This document shows, one piece after another, positions 29,601 to 36,545 of a stretch of 64,000 nt of DNA; within the stretch, counting starts at the first letter, position 1, and each line of letters begins with the position of its first letter. The stretch spans positions 2,208,001 to 2,272,000 of the forward strand of contig OZ245046.1 in assembly GCA_965224245.1 (NCBI GenBank), in the 5' to 3' direction. The position numbers and the translations under genes are program-made. The DNA is from Candidatus Eiseniibacteriota bacterium. Lineage in GTDB: Bacteria > Eisenbacteria > RBG-16-71-46 > CAZAMP01. A model generated the notes under the pieces. The model worked only from the letters and a program-made list of their open reading frames with translations, was not told the DNA's origin and did no database searches.

Positions 29601-30076
29601 GGCTCGGCGAGCACGTCGCGTTCGTGATGGTGCACAGCAACAGCGTGGCCGGTGAGGAGGTCACCTTCCGCTACTACGACGCCGGGACCGACGCGGTGCT
29701 CGACGTGCTCGAGACGCTCAGCTTCGAGGCCGACCTCTCGCTCGGCAGCCTCCACGAGCCGATGGCGCTCCGGGCCGTCGGCGAGGAGGATGCGGCCCCG
29801 GTGGGGCCGGCGGCGTTCGTGCTGTCGCCCCTGGCACCGAACCCCGCGCGCGGGGGCCTCGTGCAGATCCGCTGGGCGATGCCCTCGGAGTCGCGCGTCG
29901 TCGTCCGCATGTACGACGTGAACGGACGCGACGTGGGCACCGTGGTCGACGAGGTGCTGCCCGCCGGGTGGTACTCGCGCGAGGTCGACACGTCGCGGAT
30001 GGCCAGCGGCGTCTACTTCACGCGGATGCAATCGACCGGCTTCTCGCAGATGCGAAAGCTCCTGTTGATCAAGTAA
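20630..30076 (+). CDS. Giant secreted multidomain surface protein (3148 aa): FN3 repeats, LVIVD repeats, LamG, Ig-like domains, C-terminal T9SS-like sorting domain
   Basis: AGGAGGG RBS; signal peptide; many WxDxSxxExGYxIxRDG FN3 units; IIDVSDP repeats; WHHVAVAWDG..LDEVRVWN LamG; ends PNP..YDVNGR..SGVYF..KLLLIK. Confidence 0.9.
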   Translation: MLVPHRIRTGPALIAGLAGLLIAAAAEAAPRSMAEVPEELRPYFEEVETPEGTSAEFRSAAAFAVSATSGVYEDRVEVTWTAAPDLDVYFVVSRDGEDLTWLSSQDSVYADTDTEPLRSHDYAVVMVHLDFGPIEVGRDTGYIGFFAPANLVATDYTDLTGVSLTWEDRSSIEHGYLVRRDGVIIDSLAADTGMYHDATADPLATAEWCVTAYRTDGTETAQLGSVSTGSSPYRVAVEDWPASFGEGSPGVYAFTVDSAGFNVFDVVDPTNPVHMGSAAVPGVDVAQGADDFGYVVDGAGMLTVLHVYDPMAPAVFATEMTPGDALGVVAIAPPGEVGTEYVAVADGSAGVSFFYVGKGSSFLTQTVPTFGSANAVYQHHGLLYVADGMGGVTIIDVSDLNFAGPSIVGNLGLFDIVDVAVYGERGVAIDGGGAVTVIDVSDPTSPSVVITTVGPADDVEMYGTRAFVKGAGTGLRIIETAGGVEVSTLPTAYEVQGFSRLGDLLYVATGDGLSGELLVFDLPFAVTSGSTCDLGVAGTIEPPSDISATYGRHLDRTVISWTDNSEIELGFRVQSADLVVDVDLPPDTESYEDFAPSGGAEREYAVYALDPDGNPVLGGTATGIFGGGFLPAPTGVLASDLEDSDEYVRVTWNDTDDEDSYVIYRKLIDFPGDPDSVGVVSAGVTTFDDTTVPAEMQYDYTVVARTDDGGYSVHSDADAGEREDILPPANVSATDGDHETHTTITWENRSAKTVLFRILRDGAPIQTVTGTATSTEDPLGVPGQEYIYRVEAVSATGIASGHEDLGSRVLIAPTNVSAEDGVAENRIRIDWQDHSSAESGYRIYRDAVPIATVGENRTTYTDLTAVPGTSHTYDVAAYDALGESEYGTDTGFRNLVPPANLSASDGTSETEVILTWDDVSGAETGYQIRRDGVLIGSTSASTFIDLGGSLGTTYSYAVVAFDAYGSSDEATDDGYTAILAPGSLSASTTYSDRIVLSWTDESDLADEYRIYRDGLLLATLGGNSIYYEDTGPPSSDVTYTYCVTSHDNPTGAEATACADGIMPSTALTFGTMAVAASSGDYDNRVRVEWTSGDPGGLDEFEIYRDGQKIETVGATASSYNDFDAVPGAAHRYGVAGVNSSGTFLESGEDPGWIPADGAINGRITTRAGSPVDGVDVCLTPSLGQAISLDGREGHAEMPSRSDLIEAFTVEYWMKSSETSLGGSVFSYATSAYADQVVIRRQTSGNPFAVTIRGITASYDVDPYDGDWHHVAVAWDGTANGAGPNLWVYIDGVLEGQGSFHDGAVLNSPGTTMLGQNHNFDGSLVAGTAYRGLLDEVRVWNVARPQDDVVADMDRSLTGTEDGLVYFWPMSEGGGTAIADLTGNGVDGALEGDVDWTTAAAPLTVCAASDLDGNYALTGIRYGAATDFRVTPSGDGRAFDPAFTNITLDTQSPVANEINFNDVSAFTLSGLISYDLASSCGQPDVPLYVDDVLVGTSRADGTFAVTVQPGDHVLEPRLDGHTFDPATYEVSVSAGLAGLDFSNTTTRTLTGRIGGGCDASIGEWRFDLATENGCFATTIQADGAFELQLPPLPLVATVDQLTGVVPPPLDEADVLQFFQNVGSYDVDLTSGDQDLELVYKAPLTMQVTGFPAACGEFYDPESGVTATAAPVIAQLTSVPLTINVFEDYGTVQCPVDSGTVTIYDEIKDVADTPVVLAIVDGVASYTTIGNKPNVSPGRRDAQGNDRSFQKAITFAAEVTGQPALVQTKWALVTGDRPRTGTFVTATSEEIPLLILRDPPGDGSVSTLEQETTYSYNLGGMILRSITGSIETAIKAGFEFEAGTLFFSTENEVEVETSRGFEIGASASASGDLEFTVTTTEEFSTSDEQVFVGPDADLILGVAMNLLFAKTDVLEVDPATCQIQRSQTVRFGADADKPFETVYLYTTSHIANVVMPQLEDLAELEPDRAFEFLSYRDNWQDHLDLNDALRTEALENPTANRTFSAGAEYAYSHTTTNTQSYAWEVNVYTEDTFSTQIGFEIAGSGATTTLTAAFRSELSLGGGGSTEESITVGYSLADDDPGDSFTFDVANDPLYGTPVFGVRSGRSSCPLEAGTQERDAVSMNIEPPFVEAPDGGVAEYVLSITNDSPSDDAREYQLRAIQTSNPGGAVIRVNGSPLDNSVSFFIDPGQTHNATLTVERGPSQYFYEDLQVQVVAPCEYELWEAGGTLAVADTVKFSVAFDSPCSNISLISPSSGWSFDLAESAATSDTLSLLLDNFELAISETDSIQSVGAEYRRVDTDTWFIIDEVAAADVPVYPGGHALEGEPKSVSIPWDVSGVVDGQYEVRAFTRCEGGRVSSFAATGRIDRAAPQLFGDPYPADLVFSLGDRMGFRFDEAIDCETVNATSMTLEVVEAGGDTPVAVQTTCSGKTILITPTNPTIGELEGKTLRATARATLADLAGNPLGTDQTWTFTVAQSAFAWRDASVFEAVPYRAGGTVDASLVNGLEDDRPYELRNVAEWLTPDAPAGTVVAGQESLVSFSIADSLQVSTTYTDTLEAVSPSIADPQIVTQLIVRVDVGCVTPQWEMTASGFEYSMTAVVELVIDSQISDDGNDLVAAFVGGELRGLGSPVYVPGLDRHLVFMNVFSNRAAGENVRFRIYDDSDCRLYPSADNFLRFESDRRHGTPETPIVLAAVESLPSDIQAIPVGPGWTWFSLNLFDDLDMTVVSILGDLNATDGDVIKSQAGFAQYDDGLGWTGSLTELDVMRSFAIDVAESGTILHVGDPAQADIPIAIVDGWNWVGYPAATGQDVDTALSNLVATDGDVIKSQYGFAEYVASLGSWVGTLTTMEPGLGYKLHVDDALLSGGWLIYPIPTAPVARPFAAVPTVSISSNGATASKESKGSTASAASAASTASTGITVRPAGGDVAKAGAHLDTGSRPDWRLTEGRQFNMTIVARVSIDDAVVDTEGGVVGAFVGDELRGVGEVQYVYGLGEHVAFVMVHSNSVAGEEVTFRYYDAGTDAVLDVLETLSFEADLSLGSLHEPMALRAVGEEDAAPVGPAAFVLSPLAPNPARGGLVQIRWAMPSESRVVVRMYDVNGRDVGTVVDEVLPAGWYSREVDTSRMASGVYFTRMQSTGFSQMRKLLLIK

Positions 30077-30141
30077 GCCCCAACCGGCGAGCCGGGCGCC
30101 CCGCGCGTCCGGCTCACCGCGCTCGAACACGGAGAGACGTC

Positions 30142-31158
30142 ATGCTGAAGACACGACGACACCGAGCGGGACGCCGGCGGGGGCTCCCCTTCGCGATCGC
30201 CGCCACGGCGATGTGGCTGGCCTCGGGATCGACCGTGGCCGCGGGATCGGCCCTGGCCGCGGACGGGCCCGCGGTGACGCCGACGGAGAAGGGCATCGGC
30301 ACCGCCGATCAGTCCCAGCGCGGCGAGACCTGCACGACGACGATGCAGAACCACGACGACACGTTCGAGAACGCCTACGCGTGGGTCTACGGCGGTGTGG
30401 CCGCCCCCACCTGGGGCGCCTTCGCCGAGCCCTTCGAGGGCTCGTTCGAGATCTGCGAGGTGCAGCTCTTCCTGACCCAGATCGGCAATCAGGCCGGACA
30501 GACGATGGACGTGTTCGTGTGGCGCGACGATCGCACCGGCAACCCGGGCGCGGTGGTCGCGCAGGTCCTCGACGTGGATCCGGGTCCGATCACGACGTGG
30601 CCCGAGGTCACGCGCGTGGACGTGCCGGTGTCGGCCATCGTCGACGACAACTGGTGGGTCGGCTGGTGGGGCAACTGGCCCGGCGCCCAGGCGGGCTGGC
30701 TCGCCGCGGCGGACGAGGACGGCGTGGACGTCGGTCCGCGGACACGCATCAACTCGGGGCTCGGCTATCCGGCGGGATGGGATCATCCCAACGTGGTCCT
30801 GTCCTGGGCGAATGCGAAGAGCCTCGGGATCCAGGTGGCCGGAGCGGAGATTCTCGGGGCGGGCGATGCGTCGGTGACGCCGCCCGTGGTGCTCGGGGCG
30901 CCGAGGCCGAATCCGTTCGGGGCGTCGACGTCGATCGGGTTCTCACTGGAGGCCGAATCGACGGTGCGGCTGGCGGTCTACGACGGGGCCGGTCGGCTCG
31001 TGCGGACGCTCGCGGATGGGTCATTCCCGAGCGGCGGGCACCGCGCGTCCTGGGACGGGGTGACCGAGGCGGGTCGCCATGCGGCGCCGGGGGTGTACTT
31101 CGTCCGGCTGGAGGCCGGAACGACGCGGTCGGTGCAGAGGCTGGTGCTGGCCTGGTGA
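30142..31158 (+). CDS. Secreted protein with C-terminal FlgD-Ig sorting domain
   Basis: GGAGAG RBS; signal peptide; PNPF..VYDGAGRLVRTL..WDG..G..PGVYFVRL. Confidence 0.8.
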   Translation: MLKTRRHRAGRRRGLPFAIAATAMWLASGSTVAAGSALAADGPAVTPTEKGIGTADQSQRGETCTTTMQNHDDTFENAYAWVYGGVAAPTWGAFAEPFEGSFEICEVQLFLTQIGNQAGQTMDVFVWRDDRTGNPGAVVAQVLDVDPGPITTWPEVTRVDVPVSAIVDDNWWVGWWGNWPGAQAGWLAAADEDGVDVGPRTRINSGLGYPAGWDHPNVVLSWANAKSLGIQVAGAEILGAGDASVTPPVVLGAPRPNPFGASTSIGFSLEAESTVRLAVYDGAGRLVRTLADGSFPSGGHRASWDGVTEAGRHAAPGVYFVRLEAGTTRSVQRLVLAW

Positions 31159-31244
31159 CGATCCGGCAGATCGTGGCCCGGTTCCTCCCGTTCGGGGAGT
31201 GACCGGGCCTTCGTCGGTGAGGCGTGCCGACCGGCGAGTGCAGG

Positions 31245-31321
31245 TGGTGGGCGATACTGGACTCGAACCAGTGACCCCTGGCTTGTGATGCCAGTGCTCT
31301 AACCAACTGAGCTAATCGCCC
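31245..31321 (-). tRNA. tRNA-Val(CAC)
   Basis: Cloverleaf GGGCGATTAGCTCAG..CTGGC-ATCACAA-GCCAG..GGTTCGAGTCC..CCCACCA. Confidence 0.93.
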
Positions 31322-31471
31322 ACGAGGCGGAAGGTTGTACCATGCGGCGGGCCGCCCGTGCAACTGTCCCCCGCCGGGCCGTCAATCGGCCGTCTCGCAA
31401 TGGATTGAGACGCGCCGGACGGGCTATCATCGCCCGCGATCATCACCTCCACCACCCCAGCCGGAGCGCCC

Positions 31472-32230
31472 ATGCCCCGACAGGCCGTCCTCGTGGATCT
31501 CGACGACACGCTCTTCGACCACACCGAGACGACCCGGGCCGCGCTGGAAGCGCTGGGCCGGACCGAGGCCTCGCTCCGGCACGTCCCCGGCGACGAGCTT
31601 CACGCCGAGCACGCGCGGATCCTCGAGGAGATCCATCACACCCGGGTACTGTCGGGGCACGCGACGATCGACGAGGCGCGGATCGAGCGGTTCGCGCGCC
31701 TCCTCGAGTTCGCGGGATCGCCGCGTGCCGATCGCGACGAGGCGGCTCGACTCGCGGCGTCGTACCGGCAGGCCTATCTCGACAACGAGCGGGTCGTGCC
31801 CGGCGCGATCGAGCTGCTCTCGGCGCTCCGGGGCCGCGCGACGGTGGCCGTGGTCACGAACAACCTGCACGACGAGCAGGTGCAGAAGCTGCGCCGCCTG
31901 GAGCTCACACCGCTCGTGGGCGCATTGATCACGTCCGAGGCGGTCGGGGTGGCCAAACCCGAGCCCGAGATATTCCGGCGGGCGCTGGACGCGGTGGACA
32001 CGACCGCGGACGCGGCGGTGATGCTGGGGGACTCGTGGGCGTCGGACGTCGTCGGCGCGTCGCGGGCCGGGATCGCGGCGGTGTGGCTGAACCGGTATCG
32101 CGTCCCGTGTCCGGATCCGGCGATGGCGATCGAGGTGACGTCGTTGACTCCGACCGAGCGGGTGCTGGAGGCGCTCGAGGAGGCTCGGGTGGCGACGCGC
32201 GCAGGTGCGTCGGGGCGGGGATCTCGTTGA
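31472..32230 (+). CDS. HAD-superfamily hydrolase (YjjG-like)
   Basis: DLDDTLFD, VVTN, KPEPEIF, MLGDSWASDVVGA. Confidence 0.92.
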   Translation: MPRQAVLVDLDDTLFDHTETTRAALEALGRTEASLRHVPGDELHAEHARILEEIHHTRVLSGHATIDEARIERFARLLEFAGSPRADRDEAARLAASYRQAYLDNERVVPGAIELLSALRGRATVAVVTNNLHDEQVQKLRRLELTPLVGALITSEAVGVAKPEPEIFRRALDAVDTTADAAVMLGDSWASDVVGASRAGIAAVWLNRYRVPCPDPAMAIEVTSLTPTERVLEALEEARVATRAGASGRGSR

Positions 32231-32330
32231 GTCGACCGCCGCGGGGCTCGGTGCGTCGGAGGTCGCCGGGCCGCCGGCGAGGCCCGCCTTGACCCTCCGG
32301 TGGCGCCGTGTTCTCTTCATCGGTCCAGAC

Positions 32331-32403
32331 GGGCCCATAGCTCAGTGGTTAGAGCCGCCGGCTCATAACCGGTAGGTCCCAGGTTCGAGTCCTGGTGGGC
32401 CCA
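32331..32403 (+). tRNA. tRNA with CAT anticodon, most likely tRNA-Ile2 (lysidine); CCA not encoded
   Basis: GGGCCCATAGCTCAG..CCGG-CTCATAA-CCGG..GGTTCGAGTCC..GGGCCCA; paired G1-C72 and no GGG/CCC anticodon stem argue against initiator tRNA. Confidence 0.88.
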
Positions 32404-32443
32404 CATTCGAGGATCGGCGGAGCCTCGTGCCGGTTGTCGATGC

Positions 32444-32647
32444 TCACCCCCGCGTTGCGCGCCACATCACCCTGCCCGACTCCCGTGCGTCGGTCAGTAC
32501 GATACCGACGTCATGGCTGATCAGGATCCAATCCCTTTCCGCGACATCTGTCGGTCGATCGTCGACGGGCCCAGCGAGCAGGGCCATGCCGACAGCCCCG
32601 GACATGAACAGCGCAAGCCCGATGAGGATGATGTGACGGAGACTCAA
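32444..32647 (-). CDS. Small putative exported protein (67 aa)
   Basis: AGGGAG RBS and TTG start; hydrophobic N-terminus LRHIILIGLALFMSGAVGMALLA; overlaps the tail of the upstream ORF. Confidence 0.4.
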   Translation of the reverse strand: MSLRHIILIGLALFMSGAVGMALLAGPVDDRPTDVAERDWILISHDVGIVLTDARESGRVMWRATRG

Positions 32648-33728
32648 GGGACTGCTCCCTGGTCGATTGCGGATGCCGGCGGATCGGCACTCGCGGTGGG
32701 AGCTGCCCCACGAAGACGCGGGGTTCACGCACCATGTCGGCCGCGAAGACCTGTCCCTGAGGGCCGAGCGCAACGAGGTCGACCGTGGCTCGTTCGCCGC
32801 CGAACATGAGGCGCCACATCCCGAGCACCTCGCCGCCCACGGAGAACTCGTAGAGCGCGGCCCCCGGTAGCAAGAGAAAGATGCTCCCGTCGAGGCACGC
32901 GACGTCGAGCAGGTATGCTGCTCCGTGTGGATGACCGTCACCGTTGGACAACGCTTCCGTCTGCCGTTCGAGCTCGTCCAACGAGAGGGCCTCTCGCACG
33001 TCGTAGCCGGCCGACCTCAGGTGCCGCTCCTGAGCGCCAAGCCAGCACCGGTGCCATTCCCACACCTCGTCGACGAGCACCGGGAAGTCGCCACGGGACC
33101 TCCCGTCGAGCGAGTACAGGTGCACCTCCGGGACACTCATCTTCGCCACGACCAGAACGCTGTCCGAGCAGAACGAGAGCCGGATGCGATTCAGAGCATC
33201 AATCGCCGCGGGTGTCCCGGTCGCCCCACGCCGCAGCCCACCAAACGCATGTCTTGCGCCACTCGACGTCACGCGTGCGACCAGCCGGTCTTCACCGGGC
33301 TTCGCCCTGACCACGACACTTCGGTCGTTGCCCAGGCCAACCTCCCGTGGGGGATAGCCGAGCTCGAGCACCCGTATCGTTTCGTCGTGAGCTCCGAACA
33401 CCCGGATGCCCCCGTGTGCATACTCCGCGATCGCGAGCTCCTCGCGGTCGTTGATCGAGACATCCACCGGCAACGCGTCGCCATCCAGAAGCCACTCACG
33501 ACTCGTCGTCCCATCCCCGTCGTACCCGGCAACCCGACCCGCGTCCGTGTCCACCACGATGACGTGCCCCTCGGGCGTGGATGCCAGCGCACTGATCGAA
33601 TCGAAAGGTGGTGTCGGTTCCAGCTGGTACAGATCCAGCGTCTCCTCGGCGCTGCCACTCCTGAGGATCGTGGCGGCACCGAGAAGCAGTGCATACACGC
33701 CACATCTGGCCGCATGATGCCGTATCAT
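32511..33728 (-). CDS. Secreted 6-bladed (NHL-like) beta-propeller protein
   Basis: GGAGG RBS and ATG; signal peptide; VIVVDTDAGRVAGYDGDG, VHLYSLDG, LYEFSVGG repeats. Confidence 0.65.
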   Translation of the reverse strand: MIRHHAARCGVYALLLGAATILRSGSAEETLDLYQLEPTPPFDSISALASTPEGHVIVVDTDAGRVAGYDGDGTTSREWLLDGDALPVDVSINDREELAIAEYAHGGIRVFGAHDETIRVLELGYPPREVGLGNDRSVVVRAKPGEDRLVARVTSSGARHAFGGLRRGATGTPAAIDALNRIRLSFCSDSVLVVAKMSVPEVHLYSLDGRSRGDFPVLVDEVWEWHRCWLGAQERHLRSAGYDVREALSLDELERQTEALSNGDGHPHGAAYLLDVACLDGSIFLLLPGAALYEFSVGGEVLGMWRLMFGGERATVDLVALGPQGQVFAADMVREPRVFVGQLPPRVPIRRHPQSTREQSLESPSHHPHRACAVHVRGCRHGPARWARRRSTDRCRGKGLDPDQP

Positions 33729-33780
33729 GGCGATATCCTCCGGGCTTCGAAGAGACACCACCCCACGAAGGATCACCGGG

Positions 33781-34932
33781 CTACTCCTGCTCCCGGCGTT
33801 CGAGAGCGAAGCACGACAGAGTAAGTGGCGGCCTCACTCCATCGTCCGACCTGTGGAACACATAGATCCGCTCACCCCGGACGAACACACGATCTCGTCC
33901 AAGCGCAACAGGAGCCCCCTCGAACCTCACGACGACCGAGCGGGTCCGATCCGCGCCCGACGCGACGGCGCGGAATCGAAGCTCCTGCACGTCGTCTGCA
34001 AGCGGAGCACCGGAACGAACCCAGATCATCCCGCCCGAACGCAGCAGAACCTCGCCGATTCGCCGGTGGTGATCCCGCGGCTCTGCCCTCCGCGTGTACG
34101 CCCCGGTTTTGATCTGGTAGGTCCGAACTCGGTCCTTTTCGTCACCAGAGCGGCGCACCAGGGGGAGATCGCATTCAGCATCTGCTGCGAGCGACTGGCC
34201 CAAATCGTAGTGACGCAAGGTGCAGTCATCATGTTCGCGGCTGACCACGACCTCGTCGCCAGCGGCATCCCAGACCAGGGCTCCGGTGAAGAACCGCTCG
34301 TCGATGACCTCCGGGCTCGAGGGAGAGAGATCGACCTGGGAGAGCACGTGACTCGAATCGCCGGAGAACGAGTACCAGAAGAGCATGTTGGCGGCGTACG
34401 GCTCGGTACTCATCAGCGAGCTTTGACCGACCTCGACCACGACCCCGTCGTCGACGGCTTCGACACGTACGGGCGGCTGCCCGGGTCCCCCGTGAACGCT
34501 CGGTATCGTGATGCTGTGCAGATACTGCCGGGTCAGGTCGTACAGATGAAGTCGCGATGGATAGTCCCCGATCCCGATGGTCGAGTCCCAGACACATATC
34601 GCGTAGACGTCCCCGTGCTCGCCGGGCCCCTCGCCTGACGACCCGAGCTGGCCGTGAAACCGGCCTCGATCGTCCAGCACAAACACGGCGCGCTGGCCGC
34701 TGTCCACCACGTATGTCGAGTCACCGCATGTGGCGACATCCACCACGTTGCCGAAGACCTGTTCATCGGTGTCGGCGCCGACGTTCCAGAGCTCCTGGGC
34801 GACGTATGCGTCCCGAGTATGGGCCTGCGCCCACGTGACCCCGAGAATCAGGAGCACGACCGCCATCGTCGATCGAGGCCTGGGCCACCGGAGTCGAGGA
34901 CACGAAGGTGATGCCGAGAACCTGGCTGACAC
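33781..34932 (-). CDS. Secreted 6-bladed beta-propeller protein
   Basis: GGGAGG RBS; signal peptide; YVVDSGQRAVFVLDDRGRFHGQLGSSGEGPGE signature. Confidence 0.75.
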   Translation of the reverse strand: MSARFSASPSCPRLRWPRPRSTMAVVLLILGVTWAQAHTRDAYVAQELWNVGADTDEQVFGNVVDVATCGDSTYVVDSGQRAVFVLDDRGRFHGQLGSSGEGPGEHGDVYAICVWDSTIGIGDYPSRLHLYDLTRQYLHSITIPSVHGGPGQPPVRVEAVDDGVVVEVGQSSLMSTEPYAANMLFWYSFSGDSSHVLSQVDLSPSSPEVIDERFFTGALVWDAAGDEVVVSREHDDCTLRHYDLGQSLAADAECDLPLVRRSGDEKDRVRTYQIKTGAYTRRAEPRDHHRRIGEVLLRSGGMIWVRSGAPLADDVQELRFRAVASGADRTRSVVVRFEGAPVALGRDRVFVRGERIYVFHRSDDGVRPPLTLSCFALERREQE

Positions 34933-34953
34933 GTCGTGGGCCTCCCTTCTCGA

Positions 34954-35220
34954 CTAGAAGAAGTACCCACCGCCTCCTCGGGCACACTGCGTGCACGTGC
35001 ATCTCGGTACGGGACTGCACTGGCAGGTGCACGCGCAGTCCCAGGGTGCCCAGCACGTAGTGGATGCGCTCTCGCCATCGGGGCAAATGACCGCGCAACT
35101 GAAGGACTCGCCGACCGGTGGTGTTACGGCCAGGGATCGATGTCCGGTCATGACGGACCCGAGGGCGATCGCGAGCACGAGGAGCGCGATCAACCTCGTG
35201 CCAGTTCGCTTCATTTGCAT
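34954..35220 (-). CDS. Small secreted cysteine-rich peptide (88 aa, 10 Cys)
   Basis: GGAGG RBS; MQMKRTGTRLIALLVLAIALG signal peptide; mature part contains CAVIC..CWAPWDCACTCQC..CTCTQC. Confidence 0.75.
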   Translation of the reverse strand: MQMKRTGTRLIALLVLAIALGSVMTGHRSLAVTPPVGESFSCAVICPDGESASTTCWAPWDCACTCQCSPVPRCTCTQCARGGGGYFF

Positions 35221-35783
35221 CACGAATACCTCCGGACGATTGATGTCGCACTGCATTGCTGATCGCTGAATGCCGCGCGCATGAGCGCAGCGTTTCGCAT
35301 CGAGCGCGGCCCAGCGAAGCGAAACGAGGTGCTGAACGCGACGCATCGTGTCGCTCGTCGCTTCGATCGCCGGCCCCGCAGGCGAAGCCATACATGATCT
35401 GCATGTGGCGGGTCGGTGGGCGGCTTCTCCTCACCGGGCACGTCAGCAGGCGTGTGAGCTCACGAGCGGAGGGCGTAGCTCATGAGGCACGAAACTCGAT
35501 CGTGGGCAGGACGCGGTGACATCGAGCGAGCTGACAGCGTCATCGTTGGAGCTGTCACGAGCGTCGACTTGCATCGTACATGGTGACGAGCTGGAGTCAA
35601 TCGCATTCTCGAGACCGACACCGCCGCGTTTTCCCCTTGGCTCCCGCATGCTCCTTTGCACCCGGGTACACGCCCACACTCGACACAGGCTCACACCCAC
35701 GGGACGACCTGCGTGCAGCGCCTCGGAGCCACCCGTCGACATGCGACTCGTCACGCCACGCTCCGCCCGGTCATCGCCATCGC

Positions 35784-36326
35784 CTGGCTCACAAGCTCGA
35801 AACCATGATGTTACGTCGGCGAGACCGCTGGCACGGTCTCGGCGTCGAGGTCACCGAGGCCCCCACCTCGAGCTCGCGCTCGCGATGTCCCACTGCGACT
35901 GGACCGTCGAGATAGCGGATCCTCCGCACGATGACGACCGACGGCGCCGCGATCGCCATCCCCAACGCGCTCGTCCGCACTTCGGATGACCCCGTGCTCG
36001 ACGTGGTCAACACACGCGTGCCCGTTCAGAACGGGGAGGCCTTCGAGGTCCCCCGCGAGTACGTCGCGGCCGGCGACGCCACGATCGAGACGATGGGCTT
36101 GCTCGACGGGGCCGCTACGTCTGGGCGCTGGCCAAGCTCGGCGTGGGCGTCGAGTTGTCCGACACCGACCGTATCGAGAGCTACCTCCTGGTCGCGAGCC
36201 CCAACCGCCAGGGCAGGTCGCTCATCATGCCGACGTCGACCCGCGTCGTCTTGCAGCAACCCCCTGAGCGCGACGCTCGGTCCGAGCGGCAACCGGTTCC
36301 GCCACACGCGCACGAGCCAGCTCACC
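35784..36326 (+). pseudogene. Frameshifted DUF932 (phage/plasmid-associated) gene remnant
   Basis: Family motifs spread over three frames: AHKLETM, WHGLG, DWTV, ALVRT, PVQNGEAF, IETMGLLDG, VWALAKL, YLLVAS, RVV, FRHT. Confidence 0.75.
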
Positions 36327-36545
36327 GAGGCGCTCGACAACCTCACGCCGGCCGACGTGTACGAGGGTCGGGTTCGTGAGATCCGTTCAGCCGGGGTACT
36401 CGTGAAGCGAGAGACCCTGCGGCGCAGAAGGCGCTACAATCTGGGCGTGTCGGTCACGAGAAAGGACGTCATCCGCCCGGCCGACGTGAGGGAAGTGTCC
36501 ATGGCGATGAGCCGTGAAGTGTCCCCGAGGCTCTGACGACGAACT
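36327..36545 (+). mobile_element. Right-end remnant of an IS (IS3/IS481-like DDE transposase C-terminus plus degenerate terminal repeat)
   Basis: EALDNLTPADVYEGR..VKRETLRRRRRYN resembles transposase C-termini; ends in TGTCCC..TCTGACGACGAAC, resembling an IS terminal inverted repeat. Confidence 0.6.

Noticed and set aside
20984-30130. 3048-aa minus-strand ORF
   Set aside because: Antisense shadow of the giant gene; strong GC3 bias removes stops in this frame, and it has no recognisable motifs
34954-35220. Cys-rich peptide as a RiPP (ranthipeptide or lanthipeptide) precursor
   Set aside because: It has a Sec-pathway signal peptide rather than a RiPP leader, and there is no modifying enzyme nearby; kept as a disulfide-rich peptide instead
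35270-35430. Palindrome-rich stretch resembling an integron attC site
   Set aside because: No convincing RYYYAAC/GTTRRRY core pair and no integron integrase in the window
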